Assembly (NCBI GenBank): GCA_031375995.1 | Contig: JANMIV010000180.1 | Coordinates: 1 to 45,900 of the forward strand | Origin: Bacteroidota bacterium | GTDB taxonomy: Bacteria; Bacteroidota; Bacteroidia; UKL13-3 | Length of the DNA stretch: 45,900 nt | Direction: 5' to 3' | In this document: positions 26,697 through 38,200 of the stretch, in pieces | How positions within the stretch are numbered: the first letter of the stretch is position 1 | Layout: each line of letters begins with the position of its first letter | The notes under the pieces: model-generated | The model's input: only the letters and a program-made list of their open reading frames with translations | The model's database searches: none | Told to the model about the DNA's origin: nothing | Translations under genes and position numbers: made by a program

Positions 26697-26941
26697 AATT
26701 ACCTAATTATAGTAGTATATAATTAAATAATTATGTACTTTTGCACTCATATAATTACCTAATTATTTAATTACGTAATTATGTAAATCAAACAACTATT
26801 TTTTCAATTTTATAATTACGTAATTACGTAATTATGTAATTACGAATTGTTTTTAATTTATTAAAAAAATAAATTTTTTGAAACTTACATTCTGTAATTA
26901 CGTAATTACGTAATTATATAATTACATAATTACGTAATTAT
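26697..26941. repeat. Centromere-like/operator repeats (parC-like): 19 copies of the 8-bp unit NTAATTAN in five clusters directly upstream of parA
   Basis: The clusters are 26697-26720 (3 units), 26729-26744 (2), 26751-26782 (4), 26812-26843 (4) and 26894-26941 (6: gtaattac gtaattac gtaattat ataattac ataattac gtaattat). Adjacent units form the perfect palindrome TAATTACGTAATTA. The last unit contains the first two bases of the parA ATG (26940). Confidence 0.7.
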
Positions 26942-27590
26942 GTCAATCGTAGCAATTAGCAATTTAAAAGGCGGTGTAGGGAAATCCACCGTCGCACAAA
27001 ATTTAGCAGTCTGTTTAGCACAAAAAGGTTTGTCCATTTGCATAGCCGACACAGATACCGAACAAAGAACATCTTCAAAATGGGCTTCCTTGCGCTCCAC
27101 AGACGATTTAAGCGTTCCTGTCTTCGCAATCAACCCAGACAAGGTTTCGCAAGAAATATTGGCTCTAAAACAAAATTACGAGGTCGTTATCATCGATGGT
27201 ACACCCGCTTTGACCGAATTAACGACCAGAATCATCATTTTATCTGAGTTGGTAATCGTTCCAATCCTCCCAGGAGGAGGCGATTTATGGGCTTTGGAGA
27301 ACTTTTTGGAGCGTTACAAAGAGGCAAAAGTGACCAAAGAAAGTTATGGCGGCAAGGTCGAATTAGCCGTTTTAATCAACCGTTATAATGACAGAACGAC
27401 GCTCGATAGAGAAGTTGTGAACGCTGTCGCAGGTCTAAATATACCAGTTTTAAATACCAAATTGACCAATCGTGTAGCCTATCGAGAAGCTACAATTACA
27501 GGAAATAGCACCGTTGAAATGAAAGATGATAAGGCAAAAATAGAAATTGAAAGCCTTACAAAGGAGATTTTAGCATTTCTAAAACGCTAA
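26940..27590 (+). CDS. parA: ParA-family partition ATPase (small, type Ib-like, no N-terminal HTH)
   Basis: The deviant Walker A 'AISNLKGGVGKST' lies at the N-terminus. Also present are 'VVIIDGTPAL' (Walker A'/B region) and 'VLINRY'. At 216 aa it has the typical ParF/Soj-like size. Confidence 0.9.
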   Translation: MSIVAISNLKGGVGKSTVAQNLAVCLAQKGLSICIADTDTEQRTSSKWASLRSTDDLSVPVFAINPDKVSQEILALKQNYEVVIIDGTPALTELTTRIIILSELVIVPILPGGGDLWALENFLERYKEAKVTKESYGGKVELAVLINRYNDRTTLDREVVNAVAGLNIPVLNTKLTNRVAYREATITGNSTVEMKDDKAKIEIESLTKEILAFLKR

Positions 27591-27625
27591 AAAACTAATT
27601 TATCAATCCAAAAAATAATAAAATT

Positions 27626-28024
27626 ATGGCTAAAAAATTTGAATTAGGCAAGACATTAGGTAATCCAACACCGTCTTTTAGTGTAGAAAATATTGAAGAA
27701 ATGACTAAAAAAATTCACGATAAGGAAAAAATAATGCCTATTATAGAACAAAAAAAAGCTCCGAAAAAGGAAAAAATAGCAAAAATAAAGCCTGTAATAG
27801 AACTAAAATCAACTGTAAAAGAAGATAAAATCGTCTCGCCTGTATCAGTAGAATCTGCAAAACGTGGTCGTAAACCTAATCCACCAGCATCAGATGAGCG
27901 CATGATACGGGTATCTGTGGACTTACCCGAAAGCGTTTTTATAAAATTAAAAACCAAAGTGATACAAGATAGGACAGATATGAAAACATTTGTCTGGCGT
28001 TTGGTAGAAACAACTTTACAATAA
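27626..28024 (+). CDS. Small partition/centromere-binding protein candidate (ParG/CopG-like ribbon-helix-helix at the C-terminus, K-rich disordered N-terminus)
   Basis: It lies immediately downstream of parA with a 35-nt gap. The C-terminal 'RMIRVSVDLPESVFIKLKTKVIQDRTDMKTFVWRLVETTL' has the strand-helix-helix pattern of RHH proteins. The basic 'KRGRKPNP' tail precedes it. Confidence 0.6.
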   Translation: MAKKFELGKTLGNPTPSFSVENIEEMTKKIHDKEKIMPIIEQKKAPKKEKIAKIKPVIELKSTVKEDKIVSPVSVESAKRGRKPNPPASDERMIRVSVDLPESVFIKLKTKVIQDRTDMKTFVWRLVETTLQ

Positions 28025-28356
28025 TAAATAGGGTAGGGTAGTATGCCGTTAATTTTTCAGCAATAAGAATAGTGCAACAAGGTTAAATAAGGCAAGAAGT
28101 TTATTATTCTTATAAAAAAAATTGAAAAAAATAAGTAGAATTTAGTCACAACTTTGATAAATTTTTTTAGACTAAAAAAATATTTAATTATATCATTTTC
28201 TTATATTATTTTTTTATATACAAAGACTGTTTTCAGTAAAAATTTTACATTTTAATTTTATATAAAAATAGTCATTTATACTGTTAATATGTTGATTAAT
28301 AAATAATTAGACAATATAATTTTTATAATATTTAATTAAATCATACATATTTTTGT

Positions 28357-28391
28357 AAGCTGTAAACGGGTAACTTTTTACAGCTTTTTTT
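28357..28391 (+). terminator. Orphan intrinsic terminator in the AT-rich spacer
   Basis: The stem aagctgtaaa (28357-28366) / tttacagctt (28377-28386) is 10 bp and is followed by tttttg. It lies 333 nt downstream of the parG-like stop, with no ORF of 60 aa or more in between. Confidence 0.5.
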
Positions 28392-28572
28392 GTAAATTTT
28401 TTATATAAAAATACTTAAAAATGACGTCACAAAATTTCAATAATAATATTTTTTTTTAGTAGCAAGTCATTTTATTAGTCATAACTTTGCCAAACAAAAG
28501 AAAAAGTCATTAGCGATTATCCCTCCTAAAACTAATGCAAAGAAGTGAAATTCATTTTGAGAAATATCAAAA

Positions 28573-28604
28573 AAAATTCCCTTTGCGCTAACAAAAGGAA
28601 TTTT
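28573..28604. terminator. Bidirectional-looking intrinsic terminator hairpin
   Basis: The sequence is aaaattccctttg-cgctaa-caaaaggaatttt, with 8 perfect bp plus 4 of 5 more. An A run lies upstream and a T run downstream. It sits 13 nt beyond the stop of the minus-strand ORF 28617..28811. Confidence 0.45.
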
Positions 28605-28616
28605 ATATTTTAAAAA

Positions 28617-28811
28617 TCATACTTCAAGGTATTGATATTTCCCACAAAGGTAACACATCTTTTGCTCTGAGTCAAGAGCCACTTTCTTTTTTAGTATCAT
28701 TTTTTCAAAAAAATATCCTGCAAGTGCCTTAACAGCACTTTTGCAATAGTCATTCCTTTGCTTATTATCAAAATCTGGTAGTAAGCAAAGGAATACTATT
28801 TTTTTAATCAA
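28617..28811 (-). CDS. Hypothetical small protein (64 aa), unsupported beyond the ORF and its downstream hairpin
   Basis: An ORF is present in the track and the terminator-like hairpin 28573-28604 lies just downstream on the minus strand. I recognise no motif. Confidence 0.3.
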   Translation of the reverse strand: MIKKIVFLCLLPDFDNKQRNDYCKSAVKALAGYFFEKMILKKKVALDSEQKMCYLCGKYQYLEV

Positions 28812-28831
28812 GAAAAAATAGACTTAAATTG

Positions 28832-29074
28832 ATGATAGAAAATTCGACAAATAATATCAATTATGTGTCAGTGATAAGCACTTTAACGTGGTTTCTGATA
28901 TGTAATGTATTGCTTAGAAATAGGCTTAATACAAAGCGTCCCCTAACGCCAAGTAACGTCCCTTTTATAGAGGAGCAAAAACGTTCCAATCCGCTTTTCA
29001 ATTACATTCACATTCCTATTTTAGCCTTTATAGCTCGTTTTATACGAGCCATTCCCATTTATGCTTCTGACTAA
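28832..29074 (+). CDS. Hypothetical small hydrophobic protein (about 80 aa), doubtful
   Basis: The track ORF is 28829..29074 (TTG), and the first ATG is at 28832. Two hydrophobic stretches are present. I recognise no motif and see no clear expression signals. Confidence 0.2.
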   Translation: MIENSTNNINYVSVISTLTWFLICNVLLRNRLNTKRPLTPSNVPFIEEQKRSNPLFNYIHIPILAFIARFIRAIPIYASD

Positions 29075-29110
29075 ATATTAATACTCATAGCAAATTATAG
29101 TCATAATGTA

Positions 29111-29136
29111 TTGACTACTAAATACTTATACTTTTG
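29111..29136 (+). promoter_or_regulatory. Candidate promoter for the 5195-aa gene (Bacteroidota -7 box TAnnTTTG)
   Basis: TACTTTTG at 29129-29136 lies 83 nt upstream of ATG 29219. TTGACT is at 29111-29116, but the spacer is shorter than the usual ~19 nt. Confidence 0.3.
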
Positions 29137-29218
29137 ATTATTCATTATTAATTATTAACTACTTACCGCCTCCCATCTTCAATTAATACTAATTCTTACA
29201 AATCACAAATTTTTGTAA

Positions 29219-32200
29219 ATGAAAAATAATTACATTTTAAACAAAATAACAGCTATCCCAAAGGGAATGATTGCATTATGGAGCGTTGCTTTTTTGCTTT
29301 TATTTTCATTTGTGGCAATAGCAAAAAGCTACCTCAATGCAGGTACTACCACCGATATTGCAGATAGCTTCACACTCGCTCTGTTCGCAGGGCTTTTGTT
29401 GTTGGTTATTATACCAACTATCAAACACCTTTCTCATTTAGTCAGTATCCGCAAAGCGGTGTTGCTGACGATGGTCATGGCAGCGTGTTTGGGGAATGCT
29501 TCAAAGATTTATGCACAAGCTGTTGATGCAGCACAAGCTGTTCAGATATGCAATGGTATTTGGCCCGAGCCTTCTGCTACTGCCACAATAGGAACGAATG
29601 ACTTACCTTCTGCAACGAGTAAAGGTTGCCTTGTAACAGGAGAGATTGGCTCTAACTGGTACTATGTAAAAGTAACAACAAGCGGCAAGATGGCTTTTAA
29701 AGTTGATGGTATCACGAGTACTGGCGCAATGGCAGATATTGATGGTGCAGTTTGGGGACCTTTTACTTCGGTCGCTGCTGGTGCTACTGCTATTAGGTCA
29801 GTAGCAGGACTTGCACCTGCAAGATGTAACTATTCGGCTGGTAAAGGTTTTACCTTAACAAATTCAACTACTGCGACATCAGTAGGAGCAGGAACACTCC
29901 TATTTCCGACGTCTCGTAATGTTAAGTCAATGGATGTTCTCGCAGGAGAATATTATTTGATATATATAGATAACTTTGCCGCTGGTACAGCTAACGGAGC
30001 AGTTTCAATTTCAATAGATTTTACAAGCGAAAATATAGCTGCTTATGAGTGTCCAGCAATGCCCACGACTTGCGGTCCTTTATGTAGTTCAGCTACTTGC
30101 CCTGTAAGTGATTTGGGTGTTAAGGCAGCAGCAGGCGTACAGCCTTCAGGAACTTTTACTGCACTTCAAAAAGCTAATTATACTGCTACGCCTTTTAAAG
30201 CAGGTGACGGAACATTTACGCAATGCTACACATTAAACTCAGGAGCGCATGGAACATTAGGTATCGTGCAAACTATCTTAGTACGTGGTACAGATGCTAA
30301 TGTGGATAATATTCCTGATGGACTTTCTGCAATAGCCTCCTCGAGAATGGCGACACTTACTTTGGCCTCCAATGCTTGTGGAACGGCAATACCTCCCACA
30401 ACTGCTAATGGAGGCAATAGCGGAACACTTAATCCTGAATGGACAGGGCTTACGCCTAATACCAATTATGTGCTTTGTATCGCTACAACGATGCCCGCAG
30501 CTGGTGCTACGGTTATCAACTATCGACAAAGTGCATTAGATGTTTATCACTGGGCTCCTCCATTCAGTGGACTTGCTCCTGGTTGTACTTCAGTAGCTCC
30601 AACAGTTTGGATAAAAGCTAATCAGGGTATAAGTACCGCAACACAGGGCGCACAAGTGACGTCTTGGACAAATTTAGGTAGTGTAGGTGGAAATGTAACA
30701 GGTGGAACAGGTTCTGGTACAAGTTCAATCGCTAATCAGACGACAAGTCCTACTTTTGATGAAAAAACATTTAATTTTAATCCTTCTGTATTCGCAAATG
30801 CAACATCTGGTATGGGTATGCTAAATGCCTTACCTGCTAGTCCTACCAAATGGGTAGTTTATTACGTTAATAAATTGGGCGATATTACGACTTGGAAATC
30901 TCATGTTTCCTTTTCGGCTGCTACTACTTTATCTCAAACAGTAGGTATTGGCGTGGCTCAGGAAAACTCTTTGATGAGTGATAATGCTGCTCCGTATATT
31001 TGGCAAGGCGCAAATGCTGGTGTTACTAATCCAATTTCTTACACCCTTGACAAGCCATATATTACAGGATGGCAATGGGCAAGTGCGGGTACAGGTGTAA
31101 CCAATAGCATCAATGGTCGCGCTGGTAATACAGGTGCGGCACTTTCTGCCAATAATCTTAGAACTTTTATTTTAACAGCTGATCCTGATGGTGGTCCAGA
31201 AGATGGTGGTCGTAGTGGTGGTACATACTATGCAGAAGCGATGGTATTTCCCAGTACAATTTCTGCTGCTGAACATCAAAGAGTACAATCTTATTTGGCT
31301 ATCAAATATGGTATTACCTTAGACCAAACCGTGGCTACGAATTACCTTTCGGGTGATGGCTCAGTGGTATGGAATGTCACTACAAATACAGGTTTTAATA
31401 ACAATATAATAGGCATTGGAAAAGACGATTGTCAAGGTCTAAATCAAAAACAATCAAAGTCAGCAAATGGAGGTTTTCAACCAGTAATCTCTACAACAGG
31501 TTTTGCAGCAACAAATGCAACAAACGCAACAGATTTAACTGGCAGTAAGTCATTTGAAATATCTGGCTCTGATGCAGGTGCTACAAGCTTTGGAGCATCT
31601 TATGCCTTCGCTGGTATGACACACCGCATTACCCGTATCTGGAAAATCCAAGAAACAGGTACAGTAGGTACAGTAAAAGTAGCGATAGAAAAAACAGAGT
31701 TTTCAGGAAATGCTACAAATATTAATTTATTACGCAGTTTAGATGCGACGTTCGACAACAGCGATACCAAAATAGTAATGGTTTCTGAGACTATTGGTGG
31801 TGTTGAGTATTACACCGCTACGATTGATTTTACAAACGGCGATTACTATACTTTTGGCGCATACTTAACAGTGCCAGGTTGTGTAGCAGCGGACTTGAAA
31901 ACTTGGTATAAAGCCAATGATTTTGCAACATCAGCAACATCAATAAGCCAATGGAATGATGCTGTGAATGGTTTTCATGCTAAACAAACAGTGGTTGCGA
32001 ATCAACCTCTTTATCAAGCGGCAAGTGCAGCAAACAACTTTAATCCTACACTTAAATTTGATGGTACAAGTGATCACTTAGAATATACAGCAAGCCGTTT
32101 TATGAGCACTACAAGCTCTGGCTCTTTGTTTGGTTCCGGTACAAATGAACTCAATGCAGGATACGAAAATTTTGCTGATTTGGGTATCGATAATCCTCAC

Positions 32201-35200
32201 ATGGGTACATTGGTAAATGAGCAAATTATGTGGATGAACGGCTCTGCTCCTGTGCGTATTGACCACCCTACAAAATTAACAGCCAATAAAGTACACCAAT
32301 TGGGTTATTATTGGAATGGTGGTGCCAATGCAGGTAGTGGGTTACGTTTAGATGGAACAGATTTTTACGATGCTACAACAGATGCAACTCTTGTTGGTAA
32401 TGGTGCGCCATCTGATGGTCAATTTTCTATCGGAGGTTATGGTGCAGTAGAGAACTGGACTGGTAATATTTCTGAGCTATTTTTATATGGAAGAAATTTA
32501 ACGACACAAGAAAAAGAGCGTGTGGAAACGTATTTGGCTATCAAATATGGTACTACTTTGGCACACGATTATTTGGCAGGAGACAATACAAAAATTTGGG
32601 ATAAAACAGCAAATACAGCTTACCACAACAATGTTTTTGGTATTGGTCGTGATGATTGTCAAGGTTTGAGCCAAAAACAATCTAATGCTACAAATGGTGG
32701 TTTCCAACCAATTATTTCAACAATAGGTTTTGCAGGTACAAACGCTACAAATACAGTGGTATTGGATGACAAATCTTTTGAAATGTCTGGCTCTGATGCA
32801 GCAGTAGCAAGTTTCGGTACTGCATTTGTCATTAGCGGTATGAATAACCGAATGACACGTGTTTGGAAAATTCAAGAAACAGGTATAGCAGGTACAGTAA
32901 AAGTAGCGGTTGCTAAAAGTGATTTTGGTGGTATTAATCATCACTTAATCCGCAGTACAGACGCTTCTATTGCAACAACAGATGAGTTATTACCAATGAC
33001 TGTGGAAACAATCGGTGGTGTAGAATACTTAACGGCAACGATTGATTTTGCGAATGGAGATTATTATACGTTTGGAGCAATGTTAGTTGGTCCAGGTGGT
33101 GTTGTGAATACAGATTTTTGGGTAAAATCTGATGATGCAGGTACAATTGGTACAGCATGGAAAGACCACTCTAAGTTTGGCAACGCAATTGAAGCAGTTG
33201 GTGCTTGGTCATTGTCTGCGGCTGATGCTGCACACAACTTTAACCCCTATACAACTGGTTTTAGTACTACAAAATATTTCAAAGATAATAATACGTCACT
33301 GACCGCAGATGATAGTTATGGCGTACAAACACGTACACCATTCTCTGTATTTTCGGCAGTAAAACCTTCGAGTGGTTCGGGTTCAGGTCGTATTATTGGT
33401 ATAGATAATGATGCACTTTATGCAGCAGAACCAGGTTTTTCTCTCTCTGCTGGCAAACCATATTTTTATAAATATTGGGAAACTGTTACAAGTGGAACAC
33501 ATACAAGTGTTGTAACAGGTGGTCAAAATACGGTTATTTCTTACAATGCGACACAAAATGCTGTAAATGATGCGACCATGCGTATTGGTAAAGATGGTAC
33601 TTACCAAAACTTTAACCACGTAGGGCATTGGCATAACTTAGGCGATGACTTGGTATTGGGTTATGGTACTTGGGATTTGAATGGAGCGTTTCCAGGTGAC
33701 ATCATGGAAGCAATTTGGTACAAACGTACTTTAACACAAAATGAGCAAGACCGTGTTAATTCTTACTTAGCAATCAAAAATGGTACAACCTTAGCGATTG
33801 ATTATTTGTCTTCTAATAGCACTATCATTTGGAATAAAACAGCTAATAGTGCTTTCCATAACAACGTATTTGGTATTGGTCGTGATGATGCTTCGGCATT
33901 ACACCAAAGACAATCAAAATCAACAAACGCTACTGGAAAAATAACACTTGGTGTTGATGATCAAATAGCAGCAACGAATATAGCACATACAGGCGGAGTA
34001 GCAGTTGATGCTAACTTCTTAATGGTTGGCGACAATGGTTTGGCAGGTGTGACTACACTTGTGCCAGGTGGTGCTTGTACGCCAGCAGGACCTGACAAGG
34101 GAACAAATAGAATTTGGAAATTTGTAGAAACGGGTACAGTAGAAAGTGTTAAAGTAAGTACTGATTTATCGCCTGACTTTAACGGAGCAAGCACACAAGT
34201 ATTTATGCAAGTTTCAACTGATGCTGCATTTACAGGCGTTATTGCCAATATTCCTGCAAGATTTAATAGTACTTCGGGACAATTTGAAACGAATTACGAC
34301 TTTACTGGTACGCAATATATTCGTTACATTGGTGTACAAACACCTCCTGCAAACGCTTGTATTGGTGGAAGTAAAGATTTGAATTGGTTGTCATTTGCAC
34401 CATTCAATTGGTGGTATTGGGGTACTCGTTCTAAGTCTTACAACTTAGGCGACGGCTTAAATGCGCAAGTATCAATTGACGACAGCAGCAACAAGATTTT
34501 ATATGGTAATACACCAGCATACAATCCACCATTGACACCAAATCCAACAACAGGATATTATCCAGTGAACTACGGTAATCACTTGTATATTCCTCGTTAC
34601 GATGGTAATCCAACTTCGACCATTACTACTAAAATTAAATTAGTAGATGCGACGAATGTAGCAATGCCAGCAAATGGTGTAAGTTTCAAAATCAAAGACA
34701 TCGACGGTTGGTGGTGGGGCAAGGATAACGTGAAAGTCTATGGAAAATTAGGCGGTTCAATCGTTAATCCTAAATTATCGACCAACAAACTTTATACAAA
34801 CGTTACCATTACACAACCAAATCAAGGCAAAGGTTCTATCTATCCTTGGGATTGGACAGTGTTAGGCGATATGTATGTGAACTTTGATAGCCCAGTAGAT
34901 GAGATTTATGTAGAACACACAAAAGATAACTTATTTAGTTTCAAAGTGTTCAATGACATCGCTATTGGTGGTTTGGATATACAATGTAAAGCACCAGAAC
35001 CAGAAGTGGTTACGCCAGACAATGTATATTTATTCAAAGAAGTTTCTCCTAAAACAGCTCGTGCAGGAGAAGCATTTACCTACAAATTTACATTTAAAAA
35101 CTTCAACTGTACAGACAAAGTTGTGAGTTTTACAGATGCTTTACCTTCGGGTATGGTATGGAAAGATAGTACATTGGCAACGACCATGACTATCGGTTCT

Positions 35201-38200
35201 ACAAGTGCTTATGGTGGGTCAGCAAACTTGAATTTGACAAGTTTAGTTGTTCCAACGGGTACATCTTATATGTATGCAGAAGCAGTAGCTTCTACAACAG
35301 GGGTACAAAATAATCAGGCTTCATTTACAGTCAATGGCAATACTTATCAATCTGATGAGCCAAGTATCGCAGGTGCAGCAAATGCTACACCAGTAACGAT
35401 TATTGCAGCACCTCAGGTAGCGAATTTGACATTGACAAAATCAGTTAATAAAACATCTTCGCCTCAGAATGGCACAATAGAATACACATTATCTGTTAAA
35501 AACAATGGTGCAGCAACGGTTAATGCGCAAGTACAGGACTTCTTAGAAGGTGACGCAACTTACACAGCTGATCCATTGGTGTTCACACCAGCTTCTGCAA
35601 GTACAGGTACAGTCGTGAATACTTATGCAACAACAGGTACGCTTGATGTCAGAGATTTAGCTGTGGCAGCAGGTGCAACTATTACAATTAAGGTAAAAGC
35701 AAAATTAGGCACTAACCCAGTTGTAAACGATACCTTGTCAAATAATTTTACTGCAAAAACAGGTTTAGGTGCTGATGCAGAATTTTATTCTTACAAACAA
35801 TTTACATCTAATAAAGTAAAAACATTGGTACAAAACCTACCAAGCCTTGCAGGTACAGTCTTCAATGATGGTGGTGCAGGTGGAGGAACGCCAGGCAATT
35901 GTACCAAAGATGGTACAGAAGGCGCAACAGGTTTACCAACGGGACTTTATGCAAAATTAATCGCTTCGGGTGCAACAGTTGTAGCACAAGCAGTAGCCGT
36001 AAATTCGGGAACATATTCATTTACAGCCGTAAATGATGGTGCTTATACTGTAATTTTAGATGATAATACTACTTTATCTGACATTACTTCTACGCTTCCT
36101 TCGGGTTGGGCAGGTACAAGCAGCCTTACAGGTAACTCTGCAAGTGGTTTATTTACACCAACTTTGACCTTCTGTATCAGCAATGTACCAGCACAAGTTA
36201 CAATCGTAGCAGGAGCAGGTACGGTATTTAATGACAATGGTGCAGGTGGTGGTACAGCCAATAACTGTACAAAAGATGGTACTGAAACCGCAGCAGGTAT
36301 TCCTTCGGGCTTATTTGCAAAATTGATAAAAGCAGGAACAGTTCTAAAAGTAGAGCCAATTGATGCCAATGGTGGATTTACAATGACTGCCGTTTCAGTA
36401 GGAACTGGTTATTCAATGATTATTGACAACAACAATTCTTATACCGATGCAATCTCTAACATACCAGCCAATTGGACAGCCAACACTTGGACAGGAGATG
36501 TAACGGCAACAACGCCATTTACAAATCCAGCATTGAAATTATGTATGTATTACAGCTTACCAACGTTCACAGTAACAGCGGCAGCAAATACAGTATTACA
36601 TGATGATGGTGCAGGTGGTGGAACAGCAGGTAACTGTACCTTAGATGGTGCAGAAAGCGCAACAGGTCTTCCTTCTCCGCTTTTTGCAAAATTAATCCAA
36701 TCAGGTGCAGTCGTACAAGCAGCAGCCGTAGCAAGTGGAGGTTTTACGTTTAGTAATATTCCTGATGGTTCATACACGATTATTTTAGACAATAATAATA
36801 CTTTAACAGATGCTACAACTACACTTCCTTCGGGTTGGACAGGTACAACTTCATGGGCAGGTACACTCACAAGTGGAGTAGCAAGTCCAGCATTGAAATT
36901 CTGTATTTACAGTCCGCCTCCTGGTCCATGTTTCGGAACGACAAGTGTCGTAGGTGCAATGCCAGCAGGTGCTTACGTCACAGCAGGTAATGTAAATGCA
37001 GTATCAAATTCAGTAGATTTTGGCGCATCAGCAACGGGTATTTTAGGTACAGACCGTAATCCTGGTAGTGTAGGTGCATACTTATTCAAAGCAGCAGCAA
37101 TGCCTTTGAATGCAAGTAATGCCAACTTTATTGATGGTTATGTGAGAAAAACAGGTGGAGCAAACGTAACTTTCCCTGTTGGAGATAATGGTTCTTATCG
37201 TCCAGCGATTGTAAATTGGGCGGCAGCTTGTCCATCACAAATGGAAGTTGCTTATTTTGGCGCAGACCCTAATATTGGTGTAACATCTAAGTTAGCAGCA
37301 GGAGGCGGAGGTTTTTTCCCAACTGCACCACTAGGCGGGCCATTCCCAACCAATCAGCGTGTGACCAATTTATTCTCTGTTTCTGACAAAGAATATTGGG
37401 ATATCAATGGTACAGATCCAGCAGAAATTACTTTGACTTGGAATGCAGCAAGTAACATTTCAGGATTATCAACCTCGAATGTCAATAATTTAAGTATTGC
37501 AGGTTGGAACGCAACGACAGGCAAATGGGAGCGTATCGCTTCTACTATTATTGCAGGTTCTAATCTTACAAGTGGTTCAATCAAAACAGATGCAACACTT
37601 GTTCCAAATACGTATAACGTTTATACTTTTGCAGGAACAATCATTCCTAATATCGCAACAGTTAAAACAGCACCAGCTACAATTTCTCAATTTGTTCCAT
37701 TTAATTATTCATTTACAATTAAAAACAATGGAACAGTAGCAACAACAGCCAATACGATTGTTCGTGATACGTTGAAAAATGGTTTGAAATATATCAGCTA
37801 CTCAGGTGCATGGACTTGTGCTTTTTTAGGAACAACAGCCTCAGGAGATGATGTAGTAGAATGTACTATTTATGCTACCTTAGCACCAAGTACAAGTGTT
37901 TTAGCAGGGCTTCGTGTCAATCCTACATTGGGAGGCGCTATCTCAAATACTTCTCGCACAAGTGGCGGTGGTATGACTGGTGGTCCTTACAAATCAAGTA
38001 CCAACGAGTCTTCGGCAGGTACACCTCAAAATCCAAATGCAGGAGCAGCGACTACTTCAAATGTAACGCCGATACCTAATTTGGTAACAACAAAAGTAGC
38101 ACCAACAACGCCAGTTTCACAAGGTACGAAATTTGACTATACTATTACTGTAAATAACACGGGTAGTGTAGCTACGTCAGGTGCAATTACAGTAAGAGAT

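Noticed and set aside
26930-27957. ORFs 26930..27142 (-), 27038..27247 (+) and 27715..27957 (-), overlapping parA and the RHH gene
   Set aside because: They overlap ORFs with clear ParA Walker motifs and an RHH pattern, and they have no motifs of their own.
28535-28591. An 18-codon ORF (MQRSEIHFEKYQKKFPLR) between a -7-like box and a terminator hairpin, considered as a leader peptide or attenuator
   Set aside because: It is too short to evaluate. The next plus-strand gene is more than 600 nt away, and there is no codon run suggestive of attenuation. It is mentioned only as part of the small-RNA hypothesis.
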